In this document: piece after piece, positions 35,998 to 43,410 of the stretch
Numbering within the stretch: the first letter of the stretch is position 1
Layout of the letters: each line of letters begins with the position of its first letter
DNA from: an uncultured Anaerolineales bacterium
GTDB lineage: Bacteria > Chloroflexota > Anaerolineae > Anaerolineales > UBA11858
Reading direction: 5' to 3'
Assembly (NCBI GenBank): GCA_964344175.1
Contig: CAYFMI010000002.1
Span: forward strand, 6,350-70,349
Length of the DNA: 64,000 bases
The notes under the pieces: model-generated
Seen by the model: the letters and a program-made list of their open reading frames with translations, nothing else
Databases searched by the model: none
Told to the model about the DNA's origin: nothing
Translations under genes and position numbers: made by a program

Positions 35998-37662
35998 ATG
36001 TTGCCAGAAATTGAAAATCGAGTTGCGTTATTAAAACGTGTGCTCATCTTCAACGAGTTGGAAGATGAAGAATTAGCTAGCGTAGCCGAACGGCTGAAAA
36101 CAGAGCACTTTCCCGCCGGGGAGGTTATCTTTCAACAAGAAGATCTTGCAGACCGCATGTATATTCTCAACCGAGGAGAAGTGTATGTCGCCCGCGATGT
36201 AGATGGAGGTTCTGAAACGACCCTGACAGTTCTCAGCAAGGGCGACTCATTCGGCACCGATGCACTCTATAAAAAACGGCCGCGTTTGGCTACGGTTGGC
36301 GCCCACCGAGACAGCCACCTTTTCTATCTCGATACAGCAGATTTCCAATGGCTGCGGGACTCTTTCCCCCAAATTGATCCTTATTTACTGGCATTCAGCA
36401 AAACACACGACGCCGTTCGCCGCCTGAATTTATCCTGGCTTGGCGAGGGCGAAACCATCAGCCTGATTGCCCGGCGGCACCCCATCCGCATGATTGGCGA
36501 AATTCTGATCACTGCGCTGGTTGTCTTCTTCGTGCTGACACTTGTTTTGGGGGCTAATACCCTGCTGTCTCCAGAAAGAACCATCACCTTCATCGCTCTC
36601 GGCTTATGCGGATTTGTAACCCTCATTGGCTTTGTCATTGGCATTTGGTCATTTCTAGATTGGCGCAACGACTACTTTTTCATCACCAATGCCCGCGTGG
36701 TTTGGCGCGAACGCATTTTGCTGCGTTCTGCCAGCCGTCAGGAGATCCCTTTGCGCACCATCCAATCGCTGGATATCCAAACATCCAGCGTGGTGGCGCG
36801 CATGATCCACGTTGGCGATCTCATCATCAAAACTTTCAATAGCCAGATGATGCTCACAGATGTTTACTATCCCGAGCGTATGAAGAGCATGATTAATGGC
36901 TTTTTACGGAAGGTCGCTGCGATCAAACGCAAAGAAGAACTCGCCGCCATTCGGCAGACAATCCGAGGACGTCTAGGCTACCCAACAGAACACATCCAAT
37001 CCGAAATTCCTGAGGATATTCCCTCCGCCGAGACCAAGCGCCCGGTGCGTTTTTCGCTTTTTAAAACCCGCCTGGTCGATGACAACAACACCATCACCTA
37101 TCGCAAACACTGGCTCATCTTCCTCGGGAAAGCCTGGCTGCCATCGTCATTATTGCTGCTCATTACTCTGCTCTCGCCGCTGACTTTGCCGCACATCATC
37201 CAGGGAAATGCGGTCATCCGTATTTCGGCCACCCTGTTGTTTTTGAGCATCTTCTTTTGGTGGCTATATCAATACGAAGATTGGCGCAATGACATTTACC
37301 GCATAACCAAAGACCGCATCATCGACCGTGAAAAAAGCCCCCTCGGGGCCGAATCGTTCCGCTCTGCACCCATCCGCAGCATTCAAAGCGTCGGGCACGA
37401 AATCCCAAGCACTATTGGGCTGATCGTAAATGTTGGCAACGTCCGCATCAATGTAGGCGACGAAACCCTTTCTTTCGACGGCGTCCATAACCCGGCTCTG
37501 GTTCATCAGGATATTTCGAGACGCATGGAGACATTCCAGGCGCAACTCGAAGAAAATCGCCGCAAAGATGAGCACAATCGCATGGCAACCTGGCTCGAAA
37601 TCTACCACGAAGAAACCGGCAGCGATGGCTCTCTTCCAGATCACATTCCTGATTTTTATTAA
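35998..37662 (+). CDS. Cyclic-nucleotide-binding domain protein fused to a YdbT-like membrane module (two bPH/DUF304-type repeats)
   Basis: N-terminal cNMP-binding-like segment (FNELEDEEL...GEVIFQQEDLADRMYILNRGEV...GDSFG). It is followed by two TM hairpins, each followed by a WRNDYFFITN / WRNDIYRITKDRI segment. Confidence 0.7.
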   Translation: MLPEIENRVALLKRVLIFNELEDEELASVAERLKTEHFPAGEVIFQQEDLADRMYILNRGEVYVARDVDGGSETTLTVLSKGDSFGTDALYKKRPRLATVGAHRDSHLFYLDTADFQWLRDSFPQIDPYLLAFSKTHDAVRRLNLSWLGEGETISLIARRHPIRMIGEILITALVVFFVLTLVLGANTLLSPERTITFIALGLCGFVTLIGFVIGIWSFLDWRNDYFFITNARVVWRERILLRSASRQEIPLRTIQSLDIQTSSVVARMIHVGDLIIKTFNSQMMLTDVYYPERMKSMINGFLRKVAAIKRKEELAAIRQTIRGRLGYPTEHIQSEIPEDIPSAETKRPVRFSLFKTRLVDDNNTITYRKHWLIFLGKAWLPSSLLLLITLLSPLTLPHIIQGNAVIRISATLLFLSIFFWWLYQYEDWRNDIYRITKDRIIDREKSPLGAESFRSAPIRSIQSVGHEIPSTIGLIVNVGNVRINVGDETLSFDGVHNPALVHQDISRRMETFQAQLEENRRKDEHNRMATWLEIYHEETGSDGSLPDHIPDFY

Positions 37663-37682
37663 TTTCGAGTAGAATAATCCCT

Positions 37683-38195
37683 ATGGCAATTCGAAAAATC
37701 GTACACGCGCCTCACCCGGTATTGCGAGGCAAAGCCCAGTCGGTAACGCAATTGGATAAAGAACTCCAGACCTTGATTGACGACATGGTGGAGACAATGC
37801 GGCAAGCGCCCGGGGTGGGGCTGGCCGCTCCGCAGGTTAACGTGCCCCTGAAGTTTTTCGTCGCCGAATTCGGCGACGAGAACGATGAAGCTGCGCCTCC
37901 GCAGCTTTACGCCATCATCAACCCCAGGGTCACAAAAACATCCAAAGAAACCGATATCGGCATTGAGGGCTGTCTTTCAATCCCTGGGATTGTCGGTGAG
38001 GTGCTGCGTCCCTATGCCGTCACCGTAGAGGGGATCGACCGCACCGGCGCGCCCCTCAAAATAGATGCCGAGGGATGGCTGGCGCGTATTTTCCAACACG
38101 AAATCGACCACCTCCACGGCGTGCTTTTCACAGACCATGCCCTGCGAGTGTGGGATGCCGAAGATGACCTAGAAACCACCAGCATGGCCGACTAA
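37683..38195 (+). CDS. def: Peptide deformylase
   Basis: Motifs GVGLAAPQV, EGCLSIPG and QHEIDHLHG. Confidence 0.95.
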   Translation: MAIRKIVHAPHPVLRGKAQSVTQLDKELQTLIDDMVETMRQAPGVGLAAPQVNVPLKFFVAEFGDENDEAAPPQLYAIINPRVTKTSKETDIGIEGCLSIPGIVGEVLRPYAVTVEGIDRTGAPLKIDAEGWLARIFQHEIDHLHGVLFTDHALRVWDAEDDLETTSMAD

Positions 38196-38204
38196 CAACA
38201 CGAT

Positions 38205-38242
38205 CCCGAAAAAGGGGTGCGGGGCCGCGCCCCTTTTTCGGG
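38205..38242. terminator. Palindromic hairpin with A5/T5 runs between def and recF
   Basis: CCCGAAAAAGGGGTGCGG-GG-CCGCGCCCCTTTTTCGGG, with one G-U pair. Confidence 0.6.
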
Positions 38243-38252
38243 CAAACGCCCC

Positions 38253-39455
38253 ATGTATCTCACCCACCTTTCACTGACCAATTTTCGCAATTTCTCGCGC
38301 CTAGATATGGCGATGCCGCGCGGGGTTATGCTCTTGGTAGGCGACAATGCCCAGGGAAAAACCAGCATTCTGGAGGCAATCTATTATCTCTCTACGTTTA
38401 CCTCCTTCCAGGCTGGTCAGCAGCGAGAACTGATCAATTTTATTGCGGCGCGCCAAGATGTCGCCGTTGGACGCATTATTGCCGAATACGTACGGGGAGA
38501 TCGCACGCACCGCCTAGAAGTCCGCATCATTCAGGAGCCCAATGGCGTCAACGGCTCACGCTTTCGCCGAGAAGTACTGCTCGACAATACAAAACAAAAA
38601 CTCGGTGAGGCCATCGGGCATTTCAACGCCGTACTCTTCTTGCCGCGCATGATGAGCACTATCGACGGTGCTCCCTCTGAACGCCGTCATTACCTTAATC
38701 TGGCGCTGGCGCAAACCAATCCCCATTACACGGCCAATCTTTCTGCTTACGAAAAGGCGCTTTCTCAACGCAACGCCTTGCTCAAACTACTGGCAGAGCG
38801 CGGTGGAGATCCCGATCAACTACACTATTGGGACGAAGAAATTGTCAGATCAGGGGCCTATATTATCAAGGCGCGCATCGCCGCGCTCAAAGAAATTGAG
38901 GATTTGGCCGCATTGGTTCATCATGAACTCACCCGCGGCACAGAACGCCTGCGCCTGATCTATCGCCCGTCTTTTGATCCTTATATCCCCCCTACCAATC
39001 AAATGGCCCTTCCTATGGGCACATCGATCGATCGCTCCGGCTTCTCGAAAGAAGATATCCAAAGCGCTTACCAGGACGCCCTGATCGCCGCCCGCAGCAC
39101 AGAAATTGGGCGGGGGATGACCACGCTGGGCCCCCATCGCGATGATGTCCAATTCCTTGCCAACGGCATGGATTTGGGCATCTATGGTTCGCGCGGGCAA
39201 GTGCGCACCACGCTATTAGCATTAAAAATTGCCGAAATCTCTTGGATGCAGGCCAAAACCGGGCATTGGCCGGTGCTGTTACTCGATGAAGTACTGGCCG
39301 AACTCGACCCGCAACGGCGCGCCGATCTTCTCCAGCAGACGACAAAAATCGAGCAAGCCCTGCTGACCACCACCGACCTCGATCTATTCAGTCCCGACTT
39401 TGCGCAAAGCGCCGCCATCTGGCGGGTTGCTGAGGGCCGCCTGACAACGTCGTAA
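38253..39455 (+). CDS. recF: DNA replication and repair protein RecF
   Basis: Start set to ATG 38253 (MYLTHLSLTNFRNF). Walker A GDNAQGKTSILEAI, GPHRDD, Walker B LLLDEVLAELD. Confidence 0.93.
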   Translation: MYLTHLSLTNFRNFSRLDMAMPRGVMLLVGDNAQGKTSILEAIYYLSTFTSFQAGQQRELINFIAARQDVAVGRIIAEYVRGDRTHRLEVRIIQEPNGVNGSRFRREVLLDNTKQKLGEAIGHFNAVLFLPRMMSTIDGAPSERRHYLNLALAQTNPHYTANLSAYEKALSQRNALLKLLAERGGDPDQLHYWDEEIVRSGAYIIKARIAALKEIEDLAALVHHELTRGTERLRLIYRPSFDPYIPPTNQMALPMGTSIDRSGFSKEDIQSAYQDALIAARSTEIGRGMTTLGPHRDDVQFLANGMDLGIYGSRGQVRTTLLALKIAEISWMQAKTGHWPVLLLDEVLAELDPQRRADLLQQTTKIEQALLTTTDLDLFSPDFAQSAAIWRVAEGRLTTS

Positions 39456-39516
39456 CAAAGACACCCACATCACGAAATCAGCGTTTTGCGCAAGTCCCCA
39501 CCTTATGAGGTGATCC

Positions 39517-39909
39517 ATGCAAGAAACTGATTCATATTCTCCACGATATTCCAAATTTCACGATCTAATCGCCGGGCTTGTCGCTGCTACGATCTATGCA
39601 GTGGGCATGTGGCTTTCGTTGGAATTGCGCTCACCCGGTGAGATCCCCCCAAAGATTGCCCCCATTCTTTCACTGCTCTCCACACCAGGCTTGCTGCTGA
39701 ACTATGCCTTGCGCCCTCCCACCTCATCTCAGTATCAAATTTCCTATGTGCTTGGCAGCCTGGTATTCTGGTTTGTTGCCGGTTACTTTTCCTTGAAAAT
39801 TACGAAACGAGTTTGGGCCGCGCTGCTCTTATGGTTTGGATTCGCCATATTTGTCATGATGATTGGCTTTGGCGTGATTCTCTTTGCCATGCGCGAGATG
39901 AGCCCCTAG
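39517..39909 (+). CDS. Small membrane protein, unknown function
   Basis: 130 aa with four hydrophobic segments. GAGGTGA SD-like sequence upstream. Confidence 0.5.
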   Translation: MQETDSYSPRYSKFHDLIAGLVAATIYAVGMWLSLELRSPGEIPPKIAPILSLLSTPGLLLNYALRPPTSSQYQISYVLGSLVFWFVAGYFSLKITKRVWAALLLWFGFAIFVMMIGFGVILFAMREMSP

Positions 39910-40081
39910 CAACCTTAGTTTTGCAAAAATTTGTAGGTAATCGCGCGCAGAGCGAAGCGAGATACTAACGTAACTGCATTCGTACAACCATCTTTATTTT
40001 GATGAATTGCATCTACGCATCTTGAGCATCTCATGCTTATTCTATTCCGTATCACCATATAACCAACCACTCTCGCATATT

Positions 40082-41245
40082 TCACGTTGCGCGATTTACA
40101 TACAGCCTTGGGACACGCGTGTTAATATTGGTGAGAATCTCATAGGGAATCGTCCCGGCCCATTCGGCCAGGTCTTCGGCAGCGATGGCTGCCCCCTCCA
40201 TCTCCCCGATGAGCAGTACTTCGTCGTCATTGAAAGCGCTGTCCTGGCCGATGTTAACAACAATCTGATCCATAGAGATACGCCCAACGACGGGGTAGCG
40301 CTGCCCGCGAATGAGCACCTGCGCCTTATGCGACATGGCGCGAAAATAGCCATCGCCATAACCCACCGGGACGGTCACCGCCCGGATAGGGGACTCCGTT
40401 TGCCAGGTGGAGCCATAGCCCACCGGGTGGCCGGGCCGAATAACCTTGAAATAGACCACCCGTGATTTCCAACTCAGTACCGGGCGTACCGCTATGCTAC
40501 GTTTAGTGGCTGGGTCAGGGTAAACGCCGTACAGCAACAGGCCAGGCCGGACAATATCGTAGTGTGCTTCAGGAAGTTGCAGGATGCCGCCCGAATTTGC
40601 CATGTGGCGCAGGCGCGGCGGCGCCAGGCTGCGTTGCTCGTAGAAATGCAGCACTTCTTCAAAGCGTTCGATTTGCAGGCGAGCATGAGTCAGATCGACG
40701 GCATCGGAGTTAGCAAAGTGTGTGAAGATGCCCTCGACATCGATGTGTTTGCAGTGCAAAGCGGCTTCAAGCAGACCCTCAGCGTTGTAATAATGTACGC
40801 CGATGCGCTCCATGCCAGTATCGATCTTAAGATGAACTTTGGCGGTCATGCCAAGTTGTTCAGCGACTTCATTAACATGCCAGAGTTTTTCAATGGAAGA
40901 TGCTGTGATCGTCAGATTGTGGTGCAAAAAATAGGGTACTTGATTGCCAAAAATCCCCCCCATCACCAGGATTGGTGTAGTAATGCCGTGTTCGCGCAGC
41001 AGAATGCCCTCTTCAAGTACGGCCACGCCAAAATAGGGTGCCTTCAATGTCTCGATATGATGGGCTACTTCCACCAGCCCGTGTCCGTAGGCATTAGCCT
41101 TGAGGATCGGCATCACTTGCGCCGGGGCAACATGAGCGCTAATGGCGCGGTAATTCGCCGTCAGGCGTTGTAAGTCTACCTGGACAAGCGTAGGGCGAAC
41201 GACTTCATTGGTAGATATGGTAGGCAGGTTAATAATTGCAGCCAT
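40082..41245 (-). CDS. alr: Alanine racemase
   Basis: PLP-lysine motif VMPILKANAYGHG and C-terminal YGDGY-type region. Start set to ATG 41245 because a terminator hairpin occupies 41267..41298. Confidence 0.92.
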   Translation of the reverse strand: MAAIINLPTISTNEVVRPTLVQVDLQRLTANYRAISAHVAPAQVMPILKANAYGHGLVEVAHHIETLKAPYFGVAVLEEGILLREHGITTPILVMGGIFGNQVPYFLHHNLTITASSIEKLWHVNEVAEQLGMTAKVHLKIDTGMERIGVHYYNAEGLLEAALHCKHIDVEGIFTHFANSDAVDLTHARLQIERFEEVLHFYEQRSLAPPRLRHMANSGGILQLPEAHYDIVRPGLLLYGVYPDPATKRSIAVRPVLSWKSRVVYFKVIRPGHPVGYGSTWQTESPIRAVTVPVGYGDGYFRAMSHKAQVLIRGQRYPVVGRISMDQIVVNIGQDSAFNDDEVLLIGEMEGAAIAAEDLAEWAGTIPYEILTNINTRVPRLYVNRAT

Positions 41246-41266
41246 ACGCCCAATATTAACACAAAA

Positions 41267-41298
41267 AAGCCCCAAAGAAGGCAGGCTCTTCGGGGCTT
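41267..41298 (-). terminator. Intrinsic terminator after the LysW-like gene
   Basis: On the minus strand: AAGCCCCGAAGA-loop-TCTTTGGGGCTT (one mismatch) followed by TTTTTTGT. Confidence 0.55.
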
Positions 41299-41329
41299 GT
41301 GTATTCAGTTGTTAGTTTGATGGTTAGAG

Positions 41330-41566
41330 TTAGTAGTCGCTTTCGTAATCGTATTCTTCACTGTCGTAGTAGTCGGTGTCTCCATCGTCGGAGTCATCGA
41401 AATCGACATCTTCAGGATCGTAGACGAAATCTAATTCTACCGGGTCAAGCCAAATGATTTCCAGGTCGGTTTTGCAGACCCCGCATTTGATGATCTCGCC
41501 CATCTTGACACCGGGTGTGATTTTTACAGAAGCACTGCAAGAAGGACATTCAGCCAATATATCCAT
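41330..41566 (-). CDS. LysW-like Zn-ribbon protein with an extended Asp/Glu/Tyr-rich tail
   Basis: CPSCSASVKITPGVKMGEIIKCGVCKTDLEIIWLDPVELD parallels the LysW/ArgW core (CPxC...GE..xCxxC...LE...LDP). A 38-residue acidic tail follows, ending YESDY instead of EDWGE. Confidence 0.6.
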   Translation of the reverse strand: MDILAECPSCSASVKITPGVKMGEIIKCGVCKTDLEIIWLDPVELDFVYDPEDVDFDDSDDGDTDYYDSEEYDYESDY

Positions 41567-41767
41567 ACTTCACTCCATTTCACATGCCATAATAGATAAT
41601 CTCAGGCATATCATTGGAAGAAGTTTAGCATTCAGGCGTCGCAAAGAAATACGAAAAATGTAGCAAAGCCGTGCAAATAATGATGTTTTCGTATGATATT
41701 TCAAATACTAACGCTCCGCAAGCGAGATCTGCAGACACGCCTTTGTATTCAATCAATTGCTGAGGCC

Positions 41768-42676
41768 CTATGGCAGTTCCCAATAGACAACTTCCGAAAT
41801 GCGTATTTGAAAACCGGGAGTATTGATAGCTTTGATGAAAGCGCCAAATTTGCCATTGGCGCGCCGGGCATCGCTGGTTTCTTGTACCAGGTAACCGTTG
41901 ACATATAGCCCCAGGCGCTCTCCTTCGGCTCTAAAACCGATCCGGTTGGTGACGTATGGGCCAACCTGAATATGCTCACTTTGAGTCCAATCTTCGATAA
42001 CGGTAAACTCATCCCCATCCCAATAGCGCAGCCCAAAAGAGCCATCACAGCTGATGCCAAAAAGGTAGCCCGCGTCAGGGTCAGGTGCGCGCACAACCAT
42101 ACCGTAGCGGTCGGCGCCCAGGCAGGCTTCGCCGGTGGTGATAACATATTCTAGATAGAAATTGGTCAGATCCGGCCAGGAGAGGCTCCAGATCTCGAAG
42201 ATGTCGGTACTCTTGGCGGTGAGTACTAAAATCCCCTCCTCGGTTTGAATGCTGGCAACCGGCTCATCGAAGAGATACCAGTCGGTTTCGCCGGTGAAAT
42301 CGGCTTGCCAATCGGGGATGCCGATTTCGCCGCGCGGATCACCGGGAACCAGGGTAGGGGTGGGCGGTAACGTGATCGTGAAGGTTTGCGAGGGGGTGAG
42401 GCTAATTGTGGGAGTGAGCGTGTCTCCTGTGGATGAGGGGGCAGGGAGCGTAGCGGTCGGTGCGCGAGTGAGTTCGGCAGGGGCGGAGGTTGATGTGACA
42501 GTACTGGCATTCGGTTTTGTCAGTTGGGCGATGATCGTTTCCGCAGCCTGGGTGTAGGCGGCATTAGGCAGTGCAGTGGTGGGTTCAACAAGGTCTGTCT
42601 CAGATCTACAGGCTGTAAAAAGCGAGGTCAAGAAGAAAATAATCCCGAATTGTAAGAACTGTTGTTTGGATTTCAT
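41768..42676 (-). CDS. Secreted lipoprotein with Thr/Pro-rich linker and a probable concanavalin-A/LamG-like (DUF1080-like) domain
   Basis: Lipobox LFTACRS, a linker of about 90 aa rich in T/P/A/S, and a C-terminal beta-rich domain (DRYGMVVRAPD..GYLFGISCDGSFGLRYWDG). The fold assignment is tentative. Confidence 0.55.
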   Translation of the reverse strand: MKSKQQFLQFGIIFFLTSLFTACRSETDLVEPTTALPNAAYTQAAETIIAQLTKPNASTVTSTSAPAELTRAPTATLPAPSSTGDTLTPTISLTPSQTFTITLPPTPTLVPGDPRGEIGIPDWQADFTGETDWYLFDEPVASIQTEEGILVLTAKSTDIFEIWSLSWPDLTNFYLEYVITTGEACLGADRYGMVVRAPDPDAGYLFGISCDGSFGLRYWDGDEFTVIEDWTQSEHIQVGPYVTNRIGFRAEGERLGLYVNGYLVQETSDARRANGKFGAFIKAINTPGFQIRISEVVYWELP

Positions 42677-42708
42677 AACGATCTCCTCGCATTAGCTATT
42701 GTAGAGTG

Positions 42709-43398
42709 TCAACTATCAAAACGGCTGAAGTAATAGCCAATTCCGGCTTCGGTGAGGATATAGCGCGGCGCGCGCGGGTTGGGTTCGACCTTTGAGCGCA
42801 GGCGCTGTACCAGTCCGCGTACCAACTCGCGGTTTCCTTCTCCGCTGTAGCCCCACACCCGCTCGACAATCATATTGGTAGGGATGATCTGCCCGACATG
42901 GGTCATCAACATATAGAGCAGGCGGAATTCCAACTGCGTCAAATGCTTAAGTTCGCCATCCCCTACTTGCACAGTGCGGTCAGCCGGGTTGAGTACTAAA
43001 TCGGCTTGTGTGAGGGTCGGCAGGCTGAAGAAAGGCATTCCTGCGCTGCGCCGTAGTATGGCCCGGATCTGTGCCAGTAGAAAACGCACACTGTACGGTT
43101 TTCGAGTTACTAAATCCGCACCGGCTTCGATCAGCTCAACCTGAAAATCATCGGACACCCTATCAACAATGACCAGGATGGGTACTGCGGTGTGGGCACG
43201 CATCTGTTTGACATGTTTGATCGCCGAGGATTGCTCATCGGGAAGGGCAATCAGTATCAGGTCAGCAGGCTGTTTCGGCCAGGCTTCGATGGCCTGATCG
43301 AGATTGCGAATCGAGCGCACCATGAAGCCGGCTTGCTGAAGCAAGACGGTTAATACGGCGGCTTCATCGGCATGGGGTGAGAAAAATAGCGCTTGCAT
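42709..43398 (-). CDS. OmpR/PhoB-family response regulator with atypical receiver (phospho-acceptor Asp apparently replaced)
   Basis: The winged-helix C-terminus (LTQLEFRLLYMLM...RLRSKVEPNPRAPRYILTEAGIGYYF) is canonical. The receiver has ADLILIALPDE where D-L-[IV]-L-L-D-L is expected. The KP of the conserved Lys is retained (VTRKPY). Confidence 0.8.
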   Translation of the reverse strand: MQALFFSPHADEAAVLTVLLQQAGFMVRSIRNLDQAIEAWPKQPADLILIALPDEQSSAIKHVKQMRAHTAVPILVIVDRVSDDFQVELIEAGADLVTRKPYSVRFLLAQIRAILRRSAGMPFFSLPTLTQADLVLNPADRTVQVGDGELKHLTQLEFRLLYMLMTHVGQIIPTNMIVERVWGYSGEGNRELVRGLVQRLRSKVEPNPRAPRYILTEAGIGYYFSRFDS

Positions 43399-43410
43399 AA
43401 AAGCAGAACC

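Noticed and set aside
39946-39970. Short shared strings between spacers. GCGAAGCGAGAT and ATACTAACG at 39946..39970 resemble ATACTAACG...GCAAGCGAGAT at 41705..41732 and GAGCGAAGCTAGTACT at 49506..49527.
   Set aside because: The matches are 9-12 nt, permuted in order and imperfect. This is too weak to call a repeat family without a genome-wide search.
40007-41173. Plus-strand ORFs 40007..40465 and 40562..41173, overlapping alr.
   Set aside because: They are antisense to alanine racemase, which has the PLP-Lys motif and is full length.
41749-42147. 132-aa minus-strand ORF overlapping the 3' half of the lipoprotein gene in another frame.
   Set aside because: It is an out-of-frame overlap with a longer ORF that has a lipobox and a coherent domain. 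It has no SD.
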